Source: Polymorphobacter sp.
GTDB taxonomy: Bacteria > Pseudomonadota > Alphaproteobacteria > Sphingomonadales > Sphingomonadaceae
Assembly: GCA_049318305.1 (NCBI GenBank)
Contig: JBMOGO010000004.1
Location: 653 to 64,652 of the forward strand
Direction of reading: 5' to 3'
Length of the DNA stretch: 64,000 bases
The notes under the pieces are model-generated. The model was given only the letters and a program-made list of their open reading frames with translations, did no database searches and was not told where the DNA came from. The stretch's first letter is position 1; the number at the start of each line of letters is the position of its first letter. Of this stretch, positions 1-8,272 are shown one piece after another. The translations under genes and the position numbers were made by a program.

Positions 1-217
1 GGGTACCGCTGCCCGACAGCATCAGCACCGTCGGCGCGCCCTGCCCGACGCAGCGGATGTGCAGCGCGCGATACCCCACCGCCAGTTGCTCACCTGGAGG
101 TGGAAACCGCCGGGCATCGGCGCGGGTCGCCCATTGCTGCCAGCCCGCGCCAGCGCCGACGAGGAGCAGCACAAGCACCAGCAGCGCCTTGAACGATCGC
201 GAGACGAGTTTCAGCAT
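1..217 (-). CDS. alpha/beta-fold hydrolase, N-terminal fragment (gene runs off the window start)
   Basis: Reverse-strand ATG at 217. Hand translation MLKLVSRSFKALLVLVLLLVGAG...YRALHIRCVGQGAPTVLMLSGSGT: hydrophobic leader, then the first strand and G-x-G region typical of alpha/beta hydrolases. Too short for the ORF track. Confidence 0.4.
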   Translation of the reverse strand, partial: MLKLVSRSFKALLVLVLLLVGAGAGWQQWATRADARRFPPPGEQLAVGYRALHIRCVGQGAPTVLMLSGSGT

Positions 218-259
218 CGGGTCAGCCTATGGCGGCACCCGCAGGCCGACAACAGGCTT

Positions 260-814
260 TTACTTGGGGCTGCGCTTGGCCAGGATGCGTTGCAGGGTGC
301 GGCGGTGCATCTTCAGCCGGCGCGCGGTTTCCGACACGTTGCGCTCGCACAGTTCATAGACGCGCTGGATATGTTCCCAGCGCACCCGGTCGGCCGACAT
401 CGGCTCCGGCGGCGCTTCGGGGCGCTCCCCGGTTTCGGCGAACAGGGCGCGGACGATATCCTCCGGGTCGGCAGGTTTGGCGAGATAATCGACAGCGCCG
501 GCCTTTACCGCCGCAACGGCGGTGGCAAGGTTGCCATAGCCGGTCAGCATGACGATGCGCACTTCGGGGTTGAACGCGCGCAGTTCGGCGACGAGATCGA
601 GGCCGTTGCCATCCTCCAGCCGGATATCGACGACGGCATGGCCGGGCCGCACCCGCGCCGCCTCCACCCGCGCTTCGCCGAGGCTGCCGACGGCGGTGAC
701 GGTAAAGCCCTTGCGGGTCAGCATCACCTGCAGCCGTTGCCGGAACGGCGCATCGTCATCGACCAGCAACAGCGGCAGTGCTGGGCCTGCTTCGGTTTCG
801 GGAACGGTTGCCAT
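260..814 (-). CDS. regA: redox-responsive response regulator, RegA/PrrA/ActR family
   Basis: 184 aa. Receiver domain (LLLVDDD, VVDIRLEDGNG). C-terminal Fis-type HTH NVSETARRLKMHRRTLQRILAKR, nearly invariant in RegA/PrrA/ActR. Directly downstream of the regB-like kinase. Confidence 0.9.
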   Translation of the reverse strand: MATVPETEAGPALPLLLVDDDAPFRQRLQVMLTRKGFTVTAVGSLGEARVEAARVRPGHAVVDIRLEDGNGLDLVAELRAFNPEVRIVMLTGYGNLATAVAAVKAGAVDYLAKPADPEDIVRALFAETGERPEAPPEPMSADRVRWEHIQRVYELCERNVSETARRLKMHRRTLQRILAKRSPK

Positions 815-819
815 GAGTC

Positions 820-2097
820 TTACTCCTTCTCGGCTTCGATATGGTGGCGCGGCCAGCGCACGTCGACCTGTGCGCCGCCATCCTTGCGATTGCGAAAGCT
901 CAACCGGCCGCCGGTGCGTTCGATCAAGGTGGTGGCGATGAAAATGCCAAGCCCGGTACCGCCCGACCCGGATTGCGATGGCCCGAGATCGGGCTCACCC
1001 AGATGCGGCAGCACCTCGGTGGGAAAGCCGGCGCCATCGTCGAGGATGGTGATGCCGATCTCGCCCGGTGTGGCGGCGGCGCGCAGTTCCACTGCCGAGC
1101 CGGCATGGCGCACGGCGTTGGCGACGAGATTGTTCAGACCGTGCAGCAGTTCGGGAGACCGGCGCACCATCGGTTGCGGCGTTGGCGCTGTCACCCGCAC
1201 CGGCACCCGCGCCGGTTGCACACCCTGCGCCACTTCGTGGAGCAACACGTCGAGGCCCAGATTGGCGAACGGGTCCTCCGCCTCGGCGCGCCTGGCGATA
1301 CGCACCAATATGCCGCGACTGCGTGCAGCTTCGGATTCGAGCAGGCGGATATCGTCGCCAAAGTCCGGATCATCACCCAGCGCGTCGGCAAGGCTGTGCG
1401 CGATCAGGGTAATGGTGCCCAGCGGCCCGCCGAGTTCGTGCGCAGCCGCCGCCGCCAGGCTGCCCAGCGCCGACATCTTGGCCTCGCGGGTCAATGCCGC
1501 TTCGGTCGCCACCAGCGCCCGGGCACGGTCGCGAGCCTCGGCAGACACCAGCCAGAGGTAGATGCCGAGAAAGCCCACCGCGAGCGACAGCGCCGTGGCG
1601 ACGCCGAACCGATACACCGCCGGAAAATCAGGCGGTGCGCCGTTCCACGGCAGCGGCTGTGCCCAAAGCTGCAACGCCAGCAGGATGGTCAGCGCCATGC
1701 CGCCCAGCACCGCCATCGATCGCGCCGGCAACAGGGTGGCGGCAATGGTGACCGGCACGATCAACAGGATGGAGAACGGGTTGGCGAGCCCGCCGGTCAG
1801 CATCAGCAGCACGCCGGCCTGCACCAGATCGAACGCCAGGTGCAGTGCCAGGTCGCGGCCCTGCAACCGCGCGTTGCGGCCATAAAGCGTGACCAGCCCG
1901 ATATTGAGCACCGCCGACGCCGCCACCGCCGTTATCAGCGATGGCCAGAGCAGCGGATAGCCGAGATACAGGCCAACAAACACCAACGTCGCCGACTGTC
2001 CGACGATGGCGATCCAGCGCAGCGCCGCCAGGGTGCGCACCCGCACGCCCGGACGGTCGAACGCGGACGCGGCGATCGATGATCGTTCCATTGTCAT
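820..2097 (-). CDS. regB: membrane sensor histidine kinase, RegB/PrrB/ActS family
   Basis: 425 aa. Multiple N-terminal TM helices, GGLANPF (the GGxxNPF quinone-site heptapeptide of RegB), H-box AAAAHELGGPLGTI, ATP-binding boxes DDGAGF and GTGLGIF. Confidence 0.88.
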   Translation of the reverse strand: MTMERSSIAASAFDRPGVRVRTLAALRWIAIVGQSATLVFVGLYLGYPLLWPSLITAVAASAVLNIGLVTLYGRNARLQGRDLALHLAFDLVQAGVLLMLTGGLANPFSILLIVPVTIAATLLPARSMAVLGGMALTILLALQLWAQPLPWNGAPPDFPAVYRFGVATALSLAVGFLGIYLWLVSAEARDRARALVATEAALTREAKMSALGSLAAAAAHELGGPLGTITLIAHSLADALGDDPDFGDDIRLLESEAARSRGILVRIARRAEAEDPFANLGLDVLLHEVAQGVQPARVPVRVTAPTPQPMVRRSPELLHGLNNLVANAVRHAGSAVELRAAATPGEIGITILDDGAGFPTEVLPHLGEPDLGPSQSGSGGTGLGIFIATTLIERTGGRLSFRNRKDGGAQVDVRWPRHHIEAEKE

Positions 2098-2162
2098 CCT
2101 CTAGCGGTCCAACCCGGTCGCAGCCATGCGACATAGCAGACCCGAGCCCGGGATTGGCGCTG

Positions 2163-2783
2163 CTATAATGACGGACCCTGCATCGTGCGGGCTTTGCGCA
2201 CCGGCACTTCCTTGAACAGTTTGGCGAGCGCTACGCCGCGCGGGTCGCTTTCGGCGAGCATGCGCGCCGAGGTGCCGCTATTGTCGGTGATGTCGGGGCT
2301 GGCGCCGGCGTCGACCAGCATCTTGGCGATCACCGTGTCGCGGTTCTGCACCGCCTTTTGCAACGCGGTTTCGCCGAGCCGGTTCTGCAGGTCGAGCTGC
2401 ACCTTGATGCTGGTGAAGATCTTCACCCCCTCCGTCCACCGCGCCTGCGCCGCCAGCATGACCGGTGTATTGCCCTCGCGGTCGCGGCTGTTGGCGTTGG
2501 CACCCTTTTGCAAAAGGAAACCGGTCCAGTTGGCATCCGACCGCCGCGTGGTGATGTGCAGCCCGGTTTCGCCGGTGTCACTGTCACGGGTATTGACGAC
2601 CGTATTGCCCGGCTTGTCGAGAATCTCGTTGGCCTTGGCGCCGTCCTTGTCCTTGACGGCTTTAAGGAAGTTATAGCTTTCGGAAAACTGCGCTGCTGCC
2701 GGTACGGCGAGGCCGACCAGCGCCAGCGCCGCCAGCATACCGAACCCGCGCTGCAACCTCTTCACCATCGCGCGCATCGACAA
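2163..2783 (-). CDS. secreted ankyrin-repeat protein
   Basis: 206 aa. Signal peptide MLAALALVGLAVPAAAQ. Repeated ankyrin consensus (TGLHITTRRSD, GANANSRDREGNTPVMLAA, GETALQKAVQNRDTVIAKMLVDAGASPD). Confidence 0.8.
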   Translation of the reverse strand: MSMRAMVKRLQRGFGMLAALALVGLAVPAAAQFSESYNFLKAVKDKDGAKANEILDKPGNTVVNTRDSDTGETGLHITTRRSDANWTGFLLQKGANANSRDREGNTPVMLAAQARWTEGVKIFTSIKVQLDLQNRLGETALQKAVQNRDTVIAKMLVDAGASPDITDNSGTSARMLAESDPRGVALAKLFKEVPVRKARTMQGPSL

Positions 2784-2840
2784 TTCTCCTGCTCCACCCT
2801 ATTTCGGCGTCATGTCCTCGCATAAACCTGCCAACGCCCG

Positions 2841-3440
2841 ATGAACAGCCGCAGCCTGTGGGTCGTGCTCGGCGTCGCCGTTCTGCTTGCCTTCGGGCTG
2901 GGCTGGATGCGCTTTACGGCACCGCCGGAAGGCAACATGACCGGGTCTAGCCTGGGTGGTGCCTTCAGCCTGATCGACCAGGATGGCAAGCCGGTCACCG
3001 ATCAGGATTTCAAGGGCAAATACCGGCTGATGTATTTCGGCTATACGTTCTGCCCCGATGTCTACCCCACCGATGTCGCGGTGCTGTCGCGCGGCTTGCA
3101 GGCGTATGAAAAGGCCAACCCCGGCCGCGCCGCGCGGGTACAGCCGATCTTCATCACCGTCGATCCGCAGCGCGACGACCCGGCGTCGGTCAAGGCGTTC
3201 GTTGGCGCCTTCCACCCGCGGTTGATCGGGCTGACCGGCACCACCGCGCAGGTCGATGCGGTGCGCAAGTCCTATGGGATCTACGCCAAGCAGCAGGCGA
3301 CGAGCGACCCCGCCAATTATCTCGTCGATCATTTCGCGGTATTCTACCTGTTCGGTCCGGATGGCGCGCCGATCGCCTTTCTGCCGCACGGATCGGGCGA
3401 TGCCGAGGTGACGGCAATGTTGCAAACCCATGTCCGATAA
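2841..3440 (+). CDS. SCO1/SenC/PrrC family copper chaperone homolog with altered CxxxC motif
   Basis: 199 aa. N-terminal TM anchor, thioredoxin-like core, YFGYTFCPDVYP where the family has CPDVCP, conserved His region LVDHFAVFYLFGPDG. Confidence 0.8.
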   Translation: MNSRSLWVVLGVAVLLAFGLGWMRFTAPPEGNMTGSSLGGAFSLIDQDGKPVTDQDFKGKYRLMYFGYTFCPDVYPTDVAVLSRGLQAYEKANPGRAARVQPIFITVDPQRDDPASVKAFVGAFHPRLIGLTGTTAQVDAVRKSYGIYAKQQATSDPANYLVDHFAVFYLFGPDGAPIAFLPHGSGDAEVTAMLQTHVR

Positions 3441-3867
3441 GCCGTTCTGGGAGACGATCCCGCTTTACAAGATGAGCCGGCCGCAATGGGAAAGCCTGTG
3501 CGATGGTTGCGGCAAATGCTGCGTCCACAAGCTGGAGGATGACGAAACCGGGCAGATTTTTCCAACCAATGTCGCCTGCCGCCTGCTCGATCCGCGCACC
3601 GCGCTGTGCAAGGATTATGCGAACCGCCGCGCCCATGTGCCGGAATGCGTGCGCCTGACGCCATCCAAGCTCGATACCATCGACTGGCTGCCGGCATCGT
3701 GCGCCTATCTGCGCGTGCATCGCGGCGATGGGCTGGCCGATTGGCACCCGCTGGTGTCGGGCGATCCGAACTCGGTCCACAAGGCGGGCATCTCGGTGCG
3801 CGGCAAGACCGTCAGCGAGGATGATGTCGGCGACCTGGAGAACCACATCATCGAGGGCGAGCTCTGA
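3430..3867 (+). CDS. ycgN: YcgN family (UPF0260) cysteine-cluster protein
   Basis: 145 aa. Collinear with E. coli YcgN: FWETIPLYKMSRPQWESLCDGCGKCCVHKL...TNVACRLLD...WLPASCAYL...WHPLVSGD. Confidence 0.85.
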   Translation: MSDKPFWETIPLYKMSRPQWESLCDGCGKCCVHKLEDDETGQIFPTNVACRLLDPRTALCKDYANRRAHVPECVRLTPSKLDTIDWLPASCAYLRVHRGDGLADWHPLVSGDPNSVHKAGISVRGKTVSEDDVGDLENHIIEGEL

Positions 3868-3869
3868 GC

Positions 3870-4601
3870 CTGTTCCGCCGCGCCGAACTGCCGGCGACGA
3901 TCAGCGTTGCCGGGCGTGACCTGCCGGTTGTCGCCGTCCGCCACCGCGCCGCCCGCGCGATCCGGCTGCGCGCCAACAGCGTGCTCGGTGTCATCCAGAT
4001 CAGCCTGCCACCGCGCGGCGGCATCCCGGAGGCGTTGAAGCTGCTTGAAAGCCACCAAGGCTGGCTGGCGGCGCAGGTGGCGAAATGGCCGCAACCCCGC
4101 CCGATCCGGCCCGGCGCGACGATTCCGTTCGATGGCGAGGACCTGCGCATCGACTGGCACCCGGCGCACAAGCGCACCCCGATACGCCGCGACGACAGCC
4201 TGTGTATCGGCGGTCCCGAGGCGCTGCTCGCCAGCCGCGTCCTGCGCTGGTTGCAGGCCGAAGCACTCGCCGACGTCACCTCCGCCACCCGCCGCATCGC
4301 CGCCCTGGTGGATCGTGAGGTGGCGCAGGTGCGGGTGGGTGATCCGCGCGGCCGCTGGGGCAGTTGTGCGGCGCCAAAGCCCGGGGAAGCGGCGCGCATC
4401 GCCTATAGCTGGCGGCTCATCCTGGCGCCGGCGCTGGTGCGCGACAATGTCGTGGCGCACGAAGTCGCCCATCTGGTCCACCACAACCATAGTGCGGCCT
4501 TTCACGCGCTGCACCACAGCCTCGATGCCAACACGGCGGTCACGAAACGCTGGCTGGCGCGGCACGGAGCGGGGCTGCACTGGGTCGGGCGCGCGCCGTG
4601 A
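3870..4601 (+). CDS. YgjP-like (DUF45/M48-type) metal-dependent hydrolase
   Basis: HEVAHLVHHNHSAAFH zinc motif. The conserved N-terminal part (ISVAGRDLPVVAVRHRAARAIRLRA) lies upstream of the track start (GTG 3981). That frame has no ATG/GTG/TTG between the upstream stop (3822) and 3981, only CTG codons, so the 5' end is uncertain. Confidence 0.65.
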   Translation: MFRRAELPATISVAGRDLPVVAVRHRAARAIRLRANSVLGVIQISLPPRGGIPEALKLLESHQGWLAAQVAKWPQPRPIRPGATIPFDGEDLRIDWHPAHKRTPIRRDDSLCIGGPEALLASRVLRWLQAEALADVTSATRRIAALVDREVAQVRVGDPRGRWGSCAAPKPGEAARIAYSWRLILAPALVRDNVVAHEVAHLVHHNHSAAFHALHHSLDANTAVTKRWLARHGAGLHWVGRAP

Positions 4602-4782
4602 TGCACGCCGCCGTTGCCAAATGTTCGGGCCTGCGGATACGCTTTGGCCAAGGACGGCCACGCTGGCCGGCACTGGACTTCTGTTCAACCAAAGCCGGGA
4701 TCTGCCGATGAAATTGCGCCAAGCCGTCGTTCCGGCCAGGACGATATCGGCCGTTGAGGCAGCAGCACTTGTTTGATCGGGC

Positions 4783-6045
4783 ATGTGGCTGGATTACGCC
4801 GGAATATTCAACCAGCCGGACGTCTTTGACGCCGCCCTGGGCGCCCGCATCACAGAATTGTCGGATCTGAAGATCCGCAGCACCCTCTCGATGCGCCCGC
4901 GTGCCGTGATGGAGAATGACCCGGAAGGGCGGCATGTCTATATGCTCAGCTGGCACATGGGCGCCTATGATCGGCAGCTGCATGACAAGGGGCGGTGCAG
5001 TTACATACCGCAGAACCTGGGTGAGGGATCGGATATCTATCGCCGCTTCGTCGATCCGGTGGACATGCTGATCATCAAGGCGCGACCATTGGCGGACGGG
5101 TTTTTCAATCTCGGGCCGACCAACGTGTGGATGCGGGCGGTATTGGAACGCGCCCGCCTGGTGATCATCGAGACGTGCACCTCGCTCCCGCATGTCTATG
5201 GCGAGGGCACCGGCATCCACATCAGCGAAGTCGATTACATTATCGAAGGCGACAACGCCCCGATCCCCGAATTGCCGAACCCGGCACCTACAGCGGTCGA
5301 CGATGCGGTGGCCAAGCTGATCATCGGCGAGATGGAGGACGGCGCCTGCCTGCAGATCGGCATCGGCGGCATGCCCAACGCGGTCTGCGGCCTGCTCGCC
5401 CATGCGGGTATCAAGGACCTGGGCGTCCATACCGAGATGATGACCGATGGTATCGCCGATCTGTATCGCGCCGGGCTGATCAACGGCGCACGCAAGCATC
5501 TCGATCCCGGCAAGATCGTCTATACCTTCGCTGCCGGTTCAAAGGCGCTTTACGATACCCTCGATCGCAATCCCGACATGCTCTGCTACCCGGTGGATTA
5601 CACCAATTCACCGCACATGATCATGCAGAACCCGCGGACGACGGCGATCAACAGCACGACGCAGATCGATCTGACCGGACAGGCCGCTTCGGAATCGGAC
5701 GGCAACCGCCATCTCACCGGCACCGGCGGCCAGGCCCAGTTCGTGCGCGGCGCCTATGCGTCAGAAGGCGGGAAATCCTTCATCTGCCTGCCCTCCACCT
5801 ATGACAAGCGCGGCGACCGGCGCAGCCGGATCGTGTTCAACCTGACCCAAGGCAACATCGTCACCACCACGAGGGCCGACATGATGTATGTGGTGACAGA
5901 ATATGGCATTGTGAACCTGAAGGGCAAATCGGTGCCCGAACGGGCTCGGGCGCTGATCGGCATCGCGCACCCTGATTTTCGCGAGGGGCTGGAACGCCAG
6001 GCGCATGAAAATCGGCTGATTCCGCGCGGTTTCAGTTTGGGCTGA
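4783..6045 (+). CDS. acetyl-CoA hydrolase/transferase family protein (4-hydroxybutyrate CoA-transferase-like); apparent in-frame TGA removes the native N-terminus
   Basis: 420 aa with family-typical length and pattern (GIGGMPNAV, QIDLTGQAASES, PSTY...SRIV). The same frame upstream reads MKLRQAVVPARTISAVEAAALV-TGA-SG-MWLDY from ATG 4708. Confidence 0.75.
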   Translation: MWLDYAGIFNQPDVFDAALGARITELSDLKIRSTLSMRPRAVMENDPEGRHVYMLSWHMGAYDRQLHDKGRCSYIPQNLGEGSDIYRRFVDPVDMLIIKARPLADGFFNLGPTNVWMRAVLERARLVIIETCTSLPHVYGEGTGIHISEVDYIIEGDNAPIPELPNPAPTAVDDAVAKLIIGEMEDGACLQIGIGGMPNAVCGLLAHAGIKDLGVHTEMMTDGIADLYRAGLINGARKHLDPGKIVYTFAAGSKALYDTLDRNPDMLCYPVDYTNSPHMIMQNPRTTAINSTTQIDLTGQAASESDGNRHLTGTGGQAQFVRGAYASEGGKSFICLPSTYDKRGDRRSRIVFNLTQGNIVTTTRADMMYVVTEYGIVNLKGKSVPERARALIGIAHPDFREGLERQAHENRLIPRGFSLG

Positions 6046-6060
6046 ACGAAGCCCGGGCCT

Positions 6061-6405
6061 TCAGCGCAACAGCCCGAGCAGCGCCGCCGCATCGGGTTGC
6101 GCAGCCGCCAGCGCGGCGCTGACCATTGCACGATAGCGGGCCAGCACATGGGTGCCGGCGGGCGTCAACACCGTGCCGCCGCCGCCGCCGCCGCCCTTGT
6201 TGGCGACCACGAGCGGCTCGGCAAAGCTGGCGTTGATGGTTTCCACCATCACCCAGGCCCGGCGATAGCTAAGCCCCAGGCTGCGGGCGGCGGCCGCGAT
6301 CGAGCCGGTTTCAGCGATGGCGGCGAGCAGATCGGCCTTGCCCGGGCCGATCGCAATGGCGTCGCCGTGGTGCAGCCGCAGTGTCAGGCCGAGCCGGGCC
6401 GCCAT
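6061..6405 (-). CDS. ModE-N-terminal-like winged-helix regulator (stand-alone, 114 aa)
   Basis: MAARLGL...GPGKADLLAAIAETGSIAAAARSLGLSYRRAWVMVETIN...GGGGGGGTVLTPAG matches the ModE/LysR-type wHTH N-domain. ATGA overlap with the scoB stop. Confidence 0.6.
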   Translation of the reverse strand: MAARLGLTLRLHHGDAIAIGPGKADLLAAIAETGSIAAAARSLGLSYRRAWVMVETINASFAEPLVVANKGGGGGGGTVLTPAGTHVLARYRAMVSAALAAAQPDAAALLGLLR

Positions 6406-7040
6406 CAGGCCTCGAAATGGCCCTCGGTCTTTTTGCGCAGGTCGTCGAGGCTGACTCCAGGGGCAAGCTCGATCAGCTTGAACGGCTGGCCCTTGGCTGG
6501 ACGGGTGAGCACGCACAGGTCTGAAATCACCATGTCGACGACGGATTTGCCCGTCAGCGGCAGGGTGCAGGCCGTCTTGAACTTGGCTTCGCCTGATTTG
6601 CTGTTGTGCTCCATCAGCACGATGATGCGCTTGACGCCCGCGACCAGGTCCATGGCGCCGCCCATGCCCTTGACCATCTTGCCGGGGATCATCCAGTTCG
6701 CCAGATCGCCGTTCTCGGCGACTTCCATGGCGCCCAGGATCGACAGGTCGATATGCCCACCGCGGACCATGGCAAAGCTTTCGGCGCTGTTGAAATAGCT
6801 CGATCGCGGCAATTCGGTGATGGTCTGCTTGCCGGCATTGATCAGATCGGCGTCGATTTCTTCCGGGTAGGGGAAGGGCCCCATGCCGAGCATGCCGTTT
6901 TCGGACTGCAGGGTCACGTCGACCCCTTCCGCGATGAAATTCGCCACCAGCGTCGGCATGCCGATCCCCAGATTGACGTAGAACCCATCCTGCAGTTCCT
7001 GCGCGGCGCGGGCGGCTTGTTGATCGCGAGTCCAGGCCAT
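6405..7040 (-). CDS. scoB: 3-oxoacid CoA-transferase subunit B
   Basis: 211 aa. Catalytic-Glu motif LQSENGMLGMGP. ATGA overlap with scoA. Confidence 0.9.
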   Translation of the reverse strand: MAWTRDQQAARAAQELQDGFYVNLGIGMPTLVANFIAEGVDVTLQSENGMLGMGPFPYPEEIDADLINAGKQTITELPRSSYFNSAESFAMVRGGHIDLSILGAMEVAENGDLANWMIPGKMVKGMGGAMDLVAGVKRIIVLMEHNSKSGEAKFKTACTLPLTGKSVVDMVISDLCVLTRPAKGQPFKLIELAPGVSLDDLRKKTEGHFEA

Positions 7041-7750
7041 CAGACGCTTTCCCTCTGCCGCACGGTGCGTTGCTCGATGCGCTTTTCGTAATCGGTGCCG
7101 ACGAACAGCCGCTGCACATAGATGCCGGGGGTATGGATATGATCCGGATCGAGTTCGCCCGGCCCGACCAGTTCCTCCACCTCGGCGATCGTCACCCGGC
7201 CGGCGGTGGCCATCATCGGGTTGAAATTGCGCGATGTCTTGCGGAACACCAGATTGCCATAAGGGTCGGCTTTCCACGCCTTGATGATCGCCAGGTCGGC
7301 GGTGATGCCGGTTTCCATGATATAGTCTTCGCCGTTGAAGACCTTGTGCTCCTTGCCCTCCGCCACCAGCGTGCCGACGCCGGTCTTGGTATAAAAGCCC
7401 GGAATGCCGGCCCCGCCCGCCCGGATGCGTTCGGCGAGCGTGCCCTGCGGGTTGAATTCCAGCTCCAGTTCCTTGGCGAGATACTGGCGCTCGAACTCCT
7501 TGTTTTCGCCGACATAGCTGGAAACCATCTTGGCGATCTGCCGCGTTTCGAGCAGCAGGCCGAGCCCGAAGCCATCGACGCCGGCGTTGTTCGAAATGCA
7601 GGTGAGGTTCTTCACGCCCGAATCGCGCAGCGCGGCGATCAGTTTTTCGGGGATGCCGCACAGGCCGAACCCGCCCGACAGGATCGACATGCCGTCGAAG
7701 GTGACGCCAGCGAGCGCAGTGGCGGCATCGGAATAGATCTTGTTCGGCAT
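7040..7750 (-). CDS. scoA: 3-oxoacid CoA-transferase subunit A
   Basis: 236 aa. Family pattern [10 protein letters not shown]...SNNAG...[28 protein letters not shown]. Confidence 0.9.
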   Translation of the reverse strand: MPNKIYSDAATALAGVTFDGMSILSGGFGLCGIPEKLIAALRDSGVKNLTCISNNAGVDGFGLGLLLETRQIAKMVSSYVGENKEFERQYLAKELELEFNPQGTLAERIRAGGAGIPGFYTKTGVGTLVAEGKEHKVFNGEDYIMETGITADLAIIKAWKADPYGNLVFRKTSRNFNPMMATAGRVTIAEVEELVGPGELDPDHIHTPGIYVQRLFVGTDYEKRIEQRTVRQRESV

Positions 7751-7812
7751 CGCATCGCCTCTTGTTGCCTAGGCGAAGTAGCGCAACCACCGGCTTGGTG
7801 CCAGTGGCGGCG

Positions 7813-8160
7813 CTATTTTCGGCGGAGGATTTGCGCCAGCGCCGCGCCGGCGACGCCGGTGACCACCGAGCCGGCCGTGCCCAGCGCCAGCAGCGACGCC
7901 GGCACATCGCCGAGCAGCACCGACACGGCGATGCCGAGCAGCGCGCAAACGCCGCCGGCAATGGCGCCGCCGCCCAGCGCCGGGCCCCAGCCGCCGGGTG
8001 CCGCGCGCGCATACAGCCAGCCCGCTACTGCCGAAAACCCCATGCCGCCGATGGCAAACCCCGGATCCTGCAAGACCGGCGCAAAATGCCCGGCGACGAC
8101 CATGCCGACTTGCAACGCCGTGCCGATGCCGGTTGCGCGGATGAGAGCCTGAATGTTCAT
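7813..8160 (-). CDS. small Gly/Ala-rich integral membrane protein, unknown function
   Basis: 115 aa from the ATG preceded by AAGGGGGGA. Three to four hydrophobic Gly-zipper-like segments. The longer track ORF (to 8253) adds an Arg-rich, unlikely leader. Confidence 0.5.
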   Translation of the reverse strand: MNIQALIRATGIGTALQVGMVVAGHFAPVLQDPGFAIGGMGFSAVAGWLYARAAPGGWGPALGGGAIAGGVCALLGIAVSVLLGDVPASLLALGTAGSVVTGVAGAALAQILRRK

Positions 8161-8272
8161 GACCTGTCCCCCCTTGGCGGTTATGATGCGCCTGTCGCGG
8201 AGCGACCGCAACGATGCTGTCGCGGCCGGAATCCGCGCGACACCAGGCGGCACCGGCGCTATTCAAACCGCC

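Noticed and set aside
4774-4776. Selenocysteine decoding of the in-frame TGA in the CoA-transferase gene
   Set aside because: I see no SECIS-like hairpin directly downstream. The family is not known to contain selenoproteins. The position aligns with a basic residue in the remembered consensus, so a nonsense mutation or sequencing error is more likely.
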